Source of the DNA: Candidatus Krumholzibacteriia bacterium
GTDB taxonomy: Bacteria > Krumholzibacteriota > Krumholzibacteriia > JAJRXK01
Length of the DNA: 64,000 bases
Direction: 5' to 3'
NCBI GenBank assembly: GCA_041484665.1
Contig: JBGPIA010000005.1
Coordinates: 128,001 to 192,000, forward strand
In this document: positions 10,819-19,753 of the stretch, piece after piece
Position numbering within the stretch: the first letter of the stretch is position 1
Layout: each line of letters starts with the position of its first letter
Made by a program: the position numbers and the translations under genes
The notes under the pieces: generated by a model
Told to the model about the DNA's origin: nothing
Databases searched by the model: none
Seen by the model: the letters and a program-made list of their open reading frames with translations, nothing else

Positions 10819-10866
10819 ACTTCCCGTTTCGTGCGCGGGTGGTTGCCTGGAGGGTGAGCCGCTGCC

Positions 10867-10895
10867 TGGACGCGCCCGGCCGACTCCCCTATACT
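10867..10895 (+). promoter_or_regulatory. Putative sigma70 promoter of the ABC operon
   Basis: TGGACG (10867-10872), 17-bp spacer, TATACT (10890-10895). Confidence 0.5.
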
Positions 10896-11081
10896 GCGCC
10901 CCCGGTTCTGCGGGGAGCGGTCAGGCCGCGCTCGAAGCTTCACGGGCAGCGGTTGGACCGCGCCCTCCGTTCTGCTCTGCCGGGCGCGGCCGCCGGCGAC
11001 ACGCCACCGGCCAGCCGCGTGCACGAGGGCGTCGGGGCCGGCCGGCCTGGCGCGCGTCGCCTTTCCAAGGAGCGAGACTCA

Positions 11082-12068
11082 ATGATCCGTGTCGAGGATG
11101 TGACCAAGCTCTACGGCCCCGTGCACGCCCTCGACCACGTCACCTTCGAGGTGGCTGACCGGCAGGTCCTGGGATTCCTGGGCCCCAACGGTGCCGGCAA
11201 GAGCACTGCGATGAAGATCATTACGACCTACATCGCGCCCTCGCAGGGGCGGGTGACGGTGGACGACCTCGACGTGAGCAAGTTCCCGATCGAGGTGAGG
11301 CGCAAGATCGGCTACCTGCCTGAGACCAACCCGCTCTACCCCGACATGCGCACCGACGACTACCTGCGGTTCTGTGGGGAGGCGCGTGGGCTCTCGGGTG
11401 CGGCCCTCCGCGAGCGCTTCCACTGGGTGGTGGAGGCCTGCGGCATCCAGAGCGTGCTCAAGAAGAACATCCACGAGTTGTCCAAGGGGTTCAAGCAGCG
11501 CACCGGATTGGCCCAGGCGCTGATCCACGATCCCCAGATCCTGATCCTCGACGAGCCTACCTCCGGACTCGACCCGCTCCAGATCATCGAGATCCGGCGC
11601 CTCGTCCAGGAGCTCGCCCGCAGCAAGACCATTGTGTTCAGCACGCACATCCTGCAGGAGGTGAGCGCCACCACCGATCGGATCATCATCATCAACGAGG
11701 GGCGGATCATCGCCGACGGCTACATCAGCGATCTCAAGAATGAGGCGGCGGGCGTCACCCACGTGCGCGCCACGATGTCCGCCTCCCGCGCCGCTGTGGA
11801 GCGCGAAGTGCAGCAGCTGGCCGGCCTGTCCGGCTGGAGCATCGTGGGCGAGGCGGACAACGCGGTGACCGTAGACCTCAAGTCGCCGCTGGGCAGCGAT
11901 CTGCGGCGCAAGGTCGGCGAGCTGGCGGCGCGCCATAACTGGCCCGTGCTCGAGCTGACGGTGCCGGCCTTGAGCCTGGAGGACGCCTTCATCGAACTCA
12001 TCAAGAAGAGCGACACGGCGCGCAAGCACGAGAAGGGCAGCCGCGCCAGGGAGGTGGTCCGTGCGTAA
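11082..12068 (+). CDS. ABC transporter ATP-binding protein, GldA-like
   Basis: GPNGAGKST, LSKGFKQR, ILDEPTSGLDP, STHIL; SD AAGGAG. Confidence 0.92.
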   Translation: MIRVEDVTKLYGPVHALDHVTFEVADRQVLGFLGPNGAGKSTAMKIITTYIAPSQGRVTVDDLDVSKFPIEVRRKIGYLPETNPLYPDMRTDDYLRFCGEARGLSGAALRERFHWVVEACGIQSVLKKNIHELSKGFKQRTGLAQALIHDPQILILDEPTSGLDPLQIIEIRRLVQELARSKTIVFSTHILQEVSATTDRIIIINEGRIIADGYISDLKNEAAGVTHVRATMSASRAAVEREVQQLAGLSGWSIVGEADNAVTVDLKSPLGSDLRRKVGELAARHNWPVLELTVPALSLEDAFIELIKKSDTARKHEKGSRAREVVRA

Positions 12069-12786
12069 CGTCGGGATCATCCTCCGCCGGGAGTTCCGCG
12101 CCTACTTCGACAGCCCGATTGCCTACATCTTCATGATCGTCTACTTGTGCGTGAACACCTGGCTGTTCATGAGCGGCTTCTTCCTCGCCGGCGTCGCGGA
12201 CATGCGGGGGTTCTTCGGCAACATCCCGTTGTTCAATACGTTCTTCCTCCCGGCCGTGGCCATGCGCCTGTGGGCGGAGGACAAGAAGAGCGGCACGATG
12301 GAGCTGCTCATGACCCTGCCCATGAAGTCGTGGGAGGTGGTCTTGGGCAAGTACCTGGCGGCCCTCTCCTTCTACGGCCTCACGCTGTTGGGGACGCTGA
12401 CCCTGCCCATCTCGCTGGCGATCCTGGGCAACCCGGACATGGGCGCGATCTTCGCGGGTTATCTGGGCAGCGTGCTGCTGGGCGCGTTCTTCCTGGCCAT
12501 CGGCATCTTCGTCAGCGGCCTGTTCAAGGACCAGATCGCGGCCTTTCTGGTCGGCTCGCTGCTGTGCCTGTTCTTCTACCTGGTGGGCCAGGACTGGGTG
12601 GCGGCTCCCATCGACGGCTGGATTGGCGGCCTGGGGAGCTTCCTGCAGAGCCACGTGGGCTTCTGGACCCATTTCGAGTCCATCGAGCGCGGCGTGGTCG
12701 ACCTGAAGAACCTGCTCTACTTCGCGACGCTGACAGCGCTGTTCCTGCTGCTCAACACGCTGTCGCTGGAAGGGAGGCGGTTCTGA
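12061..12786 (+). CDS. ABC-2 type permease, GldF-like
   Basis: REFRAYFDSPIAY, MRLWAEDKKSGTMELLMTLP, HFESIERGVVD. Confidence 0.9.
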   Translation: MRNVGIILRREFRAYFDSPIAYIFMIVYLCVNTWLFMSGFFLAGVADMRGFFGNIPLFNTFFLPAVAMRLWAEDKKSGTMELLMTLPMKSWEVVLGKYLAALSFYGLTLLGTLTLPISLAILGNPDMGAIFAGYLGSVLLGAFFLAIGIFVSGLFKDQIAAFLVGSLLCLFFYLVGQDWVAAPIDGWIGGLGSFLQSHVGFWTHFESIERGVVDLKNLLYFATLTALFLLLNTLSLEGRRF

Positions 12787-14516
12787 TGGCCAGCCGCAAG
12801 GTCAACTTCAACCTGACGTTCACCGCAACGGCGTGCCTGCTGTTCGGGATCGCCGTGACGTTTGTGGCGGTCGTGAGCCTGGCGTTGCATGCGCGCGTCG
12901 ACTTGACCTCCGACAAGACCTACACCGTGAGCCCGGCGGCCAAGCGCATCCTCACCAAGCTGGCCGTGCCGGTGCAGATCAAGGTCTACATGACCGGCGA
13001 GAACCAGATGCCCACGCAGTGGAAGACCCTCGAGCGCGACGTGGTGGACAAGCTCAAGGAGTTCCGCGTGGCATCGGGCGGCAAGCTCAGCTTCTCCGTG
13101 ATCGACCCTTCCGACAACGACGATCTCAAGGAGAAGCTCTCGCGCAAAGGGATCCGGCCGCTGCAAGTGTCTTCGGTCGAGCGCGACGAGATGGCGGTCA
13201 AGCTGATCTACAGCGCGATCGCCGTCGCGTACAAGGAGAAGCAGGAGGAGGTCATCCCGCAGGTCGTTCCCCAGAGCCTGGAGACGTTCGAATACCAGAT
13301 CTGCAACGCGGTCTCCAAGCTGACGCGCCAGAAGGACCCTGTGGTCGCGGTCTACACCAGCAAGCCGGAGATGGATCCCCAGGTCCGCATGCTCTACATG
13401 CAGATGGGCCAGCAGCCGCCCGAGCCGCCCGATGTGTACAAGTCCATCGGCGAGCTGCTGAAGCAGGCCAACTACGAGATCCGGCCCACCCAGATCAGCG
13501 AGTCGTCGCCCATCCCAGACGATGCCTCGACCCTGCTGCTGCTTGCGCCGCGCCACCTGGACGCGCGCCAGCGCTACGAGATCAACAGGTTCATCCACCG
13601 TGGGGGCAGCGCCATCCTGGCCGTCCAGCGCTACGAGTACGATTACAATCCGGGGCGCTCCGGCGGCTTCAACATCAGCGCCACGTCCATCGACAGCGGG
13701 CTGGATGAGCTGCTGACGGCCTACGGCGTGAAGGTCTCCGACAAGCTATTCATGGACGCCAACATGGCCGTGCTGCAGATTCCGCGCAGCGAGAACATGG
13801 GCATGTTCCAGGTCCAGGTGGCCGAGCCGATCAAGGCACCGATGCAGATCCGCGTCAACGGCGACCAGCTCAACAACCAGACGTCCATCACCAACCGCAT
13901 CTCCGAGATCCTGTACCTGTGGGGTAGCCGCCTGCTGCCCGACGAGAGCAAGCTCGGCGCGGGCAAGGTCGAGCTGACGCCGTTGTTCTCCAGCACCAAG
14001 CAATCGTGGGAGGTCGACTACAGCGGCGGCCCGATCACCGCCGCCTCCATCCAGTCCGATCCCACGAAGTTCGTGGGGCCGGCTCCGTTGGCCGTTATGC
14101 TGCGTGGCGCACTATCCAATCCGTACGAGACCGGCACCATCCCGCCCTGGGCGAAGGCGACCCCGGACAGCAACCCGCCGCCGCCCAAGCCCGTCGAGCT
14201 TTTCGAGCCCAAGGAATCGAAGCTCGTCGTGGTGGGGTGCGCCCAGATGTTCACCGACAACCTGCTGGGCGTGGCGGGCAACGCCATGTTCCTCATGAAC
14301 GCGGTGGACGCGGTGACCCTGGGCAATGACCTGATCGAGATCCGTGGCAAGTCGATCACGCAGAGGGTCATCGCGCCGGTCAGCAGCCAGAAGAAGCTCG
14401 CCGTACGCCTGTTCTCCACCGTGCTGGTGCCGGTGGTCATTGCGATCTACGGCATCCTGCGCATGGTGCGCCGCCGCCGCGAGGAGGCGGCCTACCTGGC
14501 AGCCCAGGCGGGCTGA
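12786..14516 (+). CDS. GldG-family ABC auxiliary (substrate-binding-like) protein
   Basis: N-terminal TM, RVDLTSDKTYTVS, FEYQI, NAMFLMNAVD, C-terminal TM followed by RRRR. Confidence 0.85.
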   Translation: MASRKVNFNLTFTATACLLFGIAVTFVAVVSLALHARVDLTSDKTYTVSPAAKRILTKLAVPVQIKVYMTGENQMPTQWKTLERDVVDKLKEFRVASGGKLSFSVIDPSDNDDLKEKLSRKGIRPLQVSSVERDEMAVKLIYSAIAVAYKEKQEEVIPQVVPQSLETFEYQICNAVSKLTRQKDPVVAVYTSKPEMDPQVRMLYMQMGQQPPEPPDVYKSIGELLKQANYEIRPTQISESSPIPDDASTLLLLAPRHLDARQRYEINRFIHRGGSAILAVQRYEYDYNPGRSGGFNISATSIDSGLDELLTAYGVKVSDKLFMDANMAVLQIPRSENMGMFQVQVAEPIKAPMQIRVNGDQLNNQTSITNRISEILYLWGSRLLPDESKLGAGKVELTPLFSSTKQSWEVDYSGGPITAASIQSDPTKFVGPAPLAVMLRGALSNPYETGTIPPWAKATPDSNPPPPKPVELFEPKESKLVVVGCAQMFTDNLLGVAGNAMFLMNAVDAVTLGNDLIEIRGKSITQRVIAPVSSQKKLAVRLFSTVLVPVVIAIYGILRMVRRRREEAAYLAAQAG

Positions 14517-14530
14517 CGAGGAGTGGGGCG

Positions 14531-15559
14531 ATGGGAAGCAAGCGTAATCTGATCGTCATGGGCATCCTCCTGGTGGGTCTGGTGGCCCTGTACCTCCTCA
14601 CCAGCCGGCACCGCACGAACATCGACACGTCCGGGGGCTTCGTCGACTTGGTTCCGGGCAAGCTCTCCACCGACGAGGTCTTCGGGATCGAGGCCTACCG
14701 CGGCCGTACCCGCGACAAGGGGCTCACGCTTGCTCGCCAGGGGGACGCCTGGACGGTGACCAGCCGTTTCGGTGCTCCGGCCAACGTGAACAAGATCCGA
14801 AGCCTCCTGGGCAACCTCGAGAGCCTCGAGGGCGAGGTGCGCAGCGACAGCCCCACTGTGCTGGCGGACTACGGTCTGTCCGACTCCCTGGCACTGCACG
14901 TCGTGCTCAAGAAGGAATCGGGGGAGGCACGACTACACCTGCTGCTGGGCAAGCGCAGCGGCAATGGCTCCTTCGTGCGCCAGGACGGCAGCGACAAAGC
15001 CATCATGGCCAGCACGAACATCCTGGGCGACTTCGGGATCTGGGGCGACGAAACCCCCGACCCCGATCCGAAACTGTGGCTCGACCTGGACGCCTACAAG
15101 GTCGACCGCGAGCAGGTCAGCCAGCTCGCGTTGCTCAGCGGAGGCAAGAGCCTCGAGCTGAAGAAAGAGGTTTCGCAGCCACCGCCGACCACCGCCCCAG
15201 CCGACAGCAACGCGCCCAAGACACCGCCGACCTACGAGTGGCGCGTAACCAAGCCCACGAGCTTTCTCGCACTCAAGACGCGCGGCGACGGCATCCTGGG
15301 CTCGCTCGTGGCCGTGCGCGCGCGTGACATGGCCGACCCCAACGTTACCGCCGAGCAGACCGGCCTGGGGGCGAAGGCCGATCGGGCGGTCCTGACGCTC
15401 TCGACAGGCGTCACCGATACGCTGTTGTTCGGCGCCGATCTGCCTAGCGACACGACCCAGCTGTATTTCCGTGTCGCGGGCAAGGACCGCGTGTGGGTAG
15501 TGCCCAACTACATCAAGCAAAACGTCTTCAAGAAACCCGAGGACCTGAAGCCGCAGTGA
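14531..15559 (+). CDS. DUF4340-domain membrane-anchored protein
   Basis: N-terminal TM; duplicated W...A...L..L...YGL / L.(L/F)G pattern; usual fourth gene of GldAFG-like operons. Confidence 0.75.
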   Translation: MGSKRNLIVMGILLVGLVALYLLTSRHRTNIDTSGGFVDLVPGKLSTDEVFGIEAYRGRTRDKGLTLARQGDAWTVTSRFGAPANVNKIRSLLGNLESLEGEVRSDSPTVLADYGLSDSLALHVVLKKESGEARLHLLLGKRSGNGSFVRQDGSDKAIMASTNILGDFGIWGDETPDPDPKLWLDLDAYKVDREQVSQLALLSGGKSLELKKEVSQPPPTTAPADSNAPKTPPTYEWRVTKPTSFLALKTRGDGILGSLVAVRARDMADPNVTAEQTGLGAKADRAVLTLSTGVTDTLLFGADLPSDTTQLYFRVAGKDRVWVVPNYIKQNVFKKPEDLKPQ

Positions 15560-15692
15560 CCAGCGGGCGACGCCCGCCAGCGCGGCCTGGCGTTACCGCG
15601 GGGCCCATCCGGCGGGGACGCTCGGAATCGGGTGCCGGTCCGGCCGCGCGTTCCCGCCCATCGATGTCCAGGGTCTCTCGCCCCGGGACGTG

Positions 15693-15856
15693 ACCCCTCA
15701 CCGACGTTCGCCGTCGAGATCTTGTCGAACTTGTTCCCAACCCCTCACGGACGTTCGCCGTTCTGACTCGCGATCCGGCGCCGCGGTGGCCGGTACTGCC
15801 GACGTTCGCCATCGCGCTGCATCGCGGCTGAATCCCAACGGCCATGCACGTCCGCC
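15693..15856. repeat. Degenerate interspaced direct repeats with a period of about 46-51 bp
   Basis: ACCCCTCACCGACGTTCGCCGT (15693) and ACCCCTCACGGACGTTCGCCGT (15740) match at 21/22; partial CCGACGTTCGCC at 15799; weaker copy at 15845. Confidence 0.55.
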
Positions 15857-16233
15857 GCCGACCGCCCGCGTCGCCGACCCGATCAACCAGGTCGGCCCGA
15901 GTGACTTGGCCAGCCGAACTGACGCGACCAATCCCACCGGCCCGACCAGCCCGACCGCCTAGGCCGTTCGCAGTCGCGCGGCGGAAGCGATGCTGTCGAC
16001 CCGCCTCCATGATCGGGATCGGCGCTTCGAACTGCGCCGCGCCAACCACAACCGCTTCTGGAGGTCCCCGATCATCGCTTGACCTCATTCTACGCCCAGC
16101 TCTGCGCGAGCTGGCGACGCAGAGCGCGCGCTGACGCTGCCGAGCGCGAGCTGCCCTGACCGGCGCCCGCCGGCACCGAAGACAAGGCAGCCGCCATGCC
16201 GAAGGTCCGACCGCGCGCGCCGCGGCGTCAGCG

Positions 16234-16410
16234 CTTGTGATTTCATCAGTTACACAAGGATGCTCCGCGCAAGTTGTCGCGCACTGTTGACAGCGGTGCC
16301 CAGCTGGTCGGGCACCCTTGGCGTGCGGCGACTGCAAGCGTGCTTGTCGCAGGAACTTGAGCATGTGTAATGATCTCAGGACACTTCCCGGGAATCAGGA
16401 CACATTCCGG
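16234..16410. other. Lower-GC structured non-coding element (nested inverted repeats plus a 16-bp direct repeat pair)
   Basis: ATCA/TTACAC/ATGCTC/CAAGTT (16245-16275) are complementary to AACTTG/GAGCAT/GTGTAA/TGAT (16354-16374); GGTGCCC/GGGCACC hairpin; TCAGGACAC repeats at 16376 and 16395. Confidence 0.4.
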
Positions 16411-16690
16411 TGCTCGAGATTGAGACGCGCGCCTGTCGGCGCTCTCGACCGAGCGCGCGCCGCGTGCGCCGCTGGGCATCCGCCGACGCTGCGCGAGCGC
16501 GCAGATCCGAACTCCGGGGTGCGCCCCATGGGCACCGGCAGCGCTGCGGGGGACCGCTCGACGCTGTGACGGCTCCTCGGATGGCTGCCCAACGGCTCCT
16601 TGCACGGCGGCCGAAGGGCCGCTCGGACGGCTGCAAGCGCGCAGCGGGACAATGCTGCTACACTGAACGCCCACCCTCGAGGAGGTCGTC

Positions 16691-17668
16691 ATGGCGCTTG
16701 TGAAGCTCCTGATGTTGGCGCTCGTTGGGCTTTGCACCGTCGATCTCGCGGCGGCAGCACAGCCGCCTACGAATGAGGAGCTGGCCCGGCCCTTTGCCTA
16801 CGACGCGACGCAGCCGCCCCAGGCCAAGCTGACGCCGCTCTTCGAGCGCGACGGCGTGACTGCCTACGATCTGCAGTACCCGAGCCCCAAGGGAGGGACG
16901 GTCACCGGCTACCTGGTCGTGCCTGCGGGCAAGGGCCCGTTCGCGGGACTGCTGTTCGGTCATTGGGGCCCCGGCAACCGCACCGAGTTCCTGCCGGAGG
17001 CCATGTTGTACGCGGCGGCCGGCGCGGTCGGCGTGATGATCGACTACCCCTGGGTGCGGCCGGCGCCCTGGCGCGTCCCGCAGGGGCGCGGCTTGGCCGA
17101 GGCCGAGAAGGACCGCGATTCGTGGATTGCGGCGGTGGTCGACCTGAGGTGCGCTCTCGACTTGCTGTGCGCGCGGCGAGATGTCGATACGCGGCGTATC
17201 GGCTACGTAGGGCACAGCTACGGTGCGCAGTGGGGGGCGATCCTCACCGCAGTCGATCGCCGCATTAAGGCCGCGGTGCTCGTGGGCGGCGTGCCCAGCG
17301 TCGAGGCGCTCTTCGACGCGAGCGCTGATCCGAACTTCATCGCGCTGCGTCAGGCGACTCCAAAAGAGGAGCTCGATCACTACCTCGAGCTCAATCGGCC
17401 CTTCGACGGGATCCGCTATGTACCGTACGCCGCGCCGGCGCCGTTGTTCTTCCAGTTCGCCTGCTACGAGCAGGGCTTCAGCGAGGCCGCCATGAAGGGC
17501 TACTTCGAGGTCGCGAGCGAGCCCAAGCTGGTCCGCTGGTACGAGACAGCCCACGACCTGAACGACCTGCAGACGCTGGGCGACCGTGCCACCTGGCTGC
17601 AGCAGAAGCTGCGCTTGCGGCCCGTCCAGCCGATCCTGCGCCAGCGGCTCGAGTCGGATCTGAAGTAA
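16691..17668 (+). CDS. Secreted alpha/beta hydrolase (esterase or peptidase-like)
   Basis: Signal peptide; IGYVGHSYGA nucleophile elbow; C-terminal His (ETAHDL); SD GAGGAGG; TGcTACACT extended -10 at 16656-16664. Confidence 0.85.
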   Translation: MALVKLLMLALVGLCTVDLAAAAQPPTNEELARPFAYDATQPPQAKLTPLFERDGVTAYDLQYPSPKGGTVTGYLVVPAGKGPFAGLLFGHWGPGNRTEFLPEAMLYAAAGAVGVMIDYPWVRPAPWRVPQGRGLAEAEKDRDSWIAAVVDLRCALDLLCARRDVDTRRIGYVGHSYGAQWGAILTAVDRRIKAAVLVGGVPSVEALFDASADPNFIALRQATPKEELDHYLELNRPFDGIRYVPYAAPAPLFFQFACYEQGFSEAAMKGYFEVASEPKLVRWYETAHDLNDLQTLGDRATWLQQKLRLRPVQPILRQRLESDLK

Positions 17669-17772
17669 GCGCGCGGTCGAGCCAGAGAAGCTGGGGGTGC
17701 GCTTCTGCGCGCTTCGCGCGCGAGATGTGGCCGGGCGCCCGCCTCCGTGCGGGACAAACTGGCGCTTGGCCC

Positions 17773-18042
17773 ATGTTCGCATGTTCTAAAAATCGATGCA
17801 CGGGGACGTACGCATCCGAGGTCGGATTCAGCGTGACAGTCGCGGTGGATGCCGCCGGCATTCTCACGGCATCCACGCCGGAGCTGCCGAGCGTCGCCCT
17901 CGCGCCCGCGGGCAGCGCGGTATTCAAGGCGGTCACGGGGGACGACATGACGCTCGAGTTCGGCGGTGCCGCCGGGACGAACTTCAGCGAGCTCACCATC
18001 ACGAACGCCGGCAGGGTCATGCGCCTCACGCGCAAGGACTAG
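17773..18042 (+). pseudogene. Probable 5'-truncated gene fragment resembling a serine-hydrolase C-terminal (DUF3471-like) domain
   Basis: GTY...VTV...L......L.P.....F.....LEF......LT......R pattern with normal codon usage, but no credible N-terminus or RBS. Confidence 0.4.
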
Positions 18043-18075
18043 CGGAGGGCAAACCAAGCACCGGCGTGCCCCACC

Positions 18076-19506
18076 TCAGCTCGCGTGTGCGCCCATGGCA
18101 CGCTTGAGTGGCTTGTTGAACATCCAGATGGCGATCCCCGCGCCGACGCCCAGCACCAGCAGCAACATGAAGAACGCCTCGCGCGGAATGCGCGTGTACA
18201 GCGCTCCGATGTAGCCCGACAGCAGGTTGCCGAAGAAGCTGGAGAGGAACCACATCCCCATCATCATCGACACGATGCGCGCCGGCGAGACCTTGCTCAC
18301 CAGCGAGAGCCCGATCGGTGACAGGTACAGCTCGCCGATCGTCAGCAGCAGCGTGGCGAACGCCGGCCAGAAGACGCTCCCCTTACCGTTGCCCACGATG
18401 CGCGCCCCGATCACCATGACGATGAACGAGATGCCCAGGATGAAACAGCCGATGGCCATCTTGGCCACGCTGCTGGGTTCCTGCTTGCGCTTGGCCTGCC
18501 AGGACCACAGGATCGTCGACAGCGGTGCGAAGATGAAGATGAACAGCGGATTGAACGACTGGAACCAGGTCGAGGGCACGTGGAACCCGCCGATGGAGGG
18601 CCAGCGCGTCTGCTCGTCGGCCCAGGTCTGCATGGTGTTGCCCTGCTGCTCGTAGACCGCCCAGAAGACGACGTTCAGCGCGCAGAGCGCCACCAGCGCC
18701 CAGACACGGCGCCACTCCTCGCTGGTGAGCTTCTGCGCCGCTGTAGCCGCCGCGGTCCCCGCGTTTCTGCTGCGCGTCAGCGTATCCGGCGCGAGGTGCT
18801 TGCGGCCCAGCGCTTGGACCACCAGACCCAGGCACATGCCCACGCCCGCTGCGAAGAACCCCCAACGCCAGCCGTGCAGGGCGGCCAGCGTGCCGCAGAT
18901 CAGGTTGCAGATGAAGGCGCCCAGGTTGATGCCCATGTAGAAGATCGTGAAGGCCCCGTCGCGCCGTGGATCCCCCGGCGGGTAGAGGCTGCCGACCTGT
19001 GTGGAGATGTTGGGTTTGAAGAACCCATTGCCGCAGACCAGCACCAGCAGGCCGATGAAGAAGAGGTTCTCGGCGCCGAACAGCAGGAACTGCCCCAGCG
19101 CCATGAGGATGCCGCCGATGTACACCGCCTTGCGCTGCCCAAGGTAGCGGTCGGCGAGGATCCCGCCGAAGAGCGGCGTCAGGTAGACCAGGCCCGTGTA
19201 CCAGCCGTAGACCACCGACGCCTGCGCCTGCACGCCGGTGGGCAGCAGCCCCTGGATGGCGTTCCAGCCCGCGACCGAGCCGGGATTGCCCGTGCCGTTG
19301 AACGCTCCGCCCTGCAGCACCTGGCGCGTGGCGACGAACAGATAGTTCACCATGTACAGCTTCAGCAGACCCCGCATGCCGTAGTAGGAGAAGCGCTCCC
19401 ACATCTCGGTGAAGAACAGGACGAAGAGGCCCACGGGGTGCCCGAGGAGCTGCTTGCGCGTCGGCGGTCCGACCCAGGCAGGCTCGGGCGCGATTGCGGT
19501 CGTCAT
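18076..19506 (-). CDS. Proton-dependent oligopeptide transporter (POT/PTR, DtpT-like)
   Basis: GHPVGL, EMWERFSYYGMR (ExxERFxYY), FFKPNIS, FYMGINLG, FQSFNP, GELYLSPIGLS. Confidence 0.95.
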   Translation of the reverse strand: MTTAIAPEPAWVGPPTRKQLLGHPVGLFVLFFTEMWERFSYYGMRGLLKLYMVNYLFVATRQVLQGGAFNGTGNPGSVAGWNAIQGLLPTGVQAQASVVYGWYTGLVYLTPLFGGILADRYLGQRKAVYIGGILMALGQFLLFGAENLFFIGLLVLVCGNGFFKPNISTQVGSLYPPGDPRRDGAFTIFYMGINLGAFICNLICGTLAALHGWRWGFFAAGVGMCLGLVVQALGRKHLAPDTLTRSRNAGTAAATAAQKLTSEEWRRVWALVALCALNVVFWAVYEQQGNTMQTWADEQTRWPSIGGFHVPSTWFQSFNPLFIFIFAPLSTILWSWQAKRKQEPSSVAKMAIGCFILGISFIVMVIGARIVGNGKGSVFWPAFATLLLTIGELYLSPIGLSLVSKVSPARIVSMMMGMWFLSSFFGNLLSGYIGALYTRIPREAFFMLLLVLGVGAGIAIWMFNKPLKRAMGAHAS

Positions 19507-19753
19507 GGGTATGGCTCGCTCCAGGAAGTGGTAGGGTTGCTGGCGCGGACAGTTTGGGGGCTCGACGACGCGCGGGGCCGCGACGAGGGGGGTCGGGGCT
19601 GCCGTCGCGTGGGGTTGCGCTGGCCGACCGGGCGGCTGCCCACGGTCGCAGTCACGATAGTCGGTCGCGCGCGCGTCTGGAAGGGGTCTTTCTGTGGACC
19701 TACGGGCCCCCCGATGCGTCGTCGATCCCCGAGGCACCCCATCCAGCGGCTCG

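Noticed and set aside
15693..15856. Bona fide CRISPR array
   Set aside because: Only two good copies, a short repeat and spacer, and no cas genes in the window
15528..16737. ORFs in the 15.6-16.7 kb gap as real genes
   Set aside because: Arg/Ala/Pro-rich translations with no RBS or motifs and atypical codon usage
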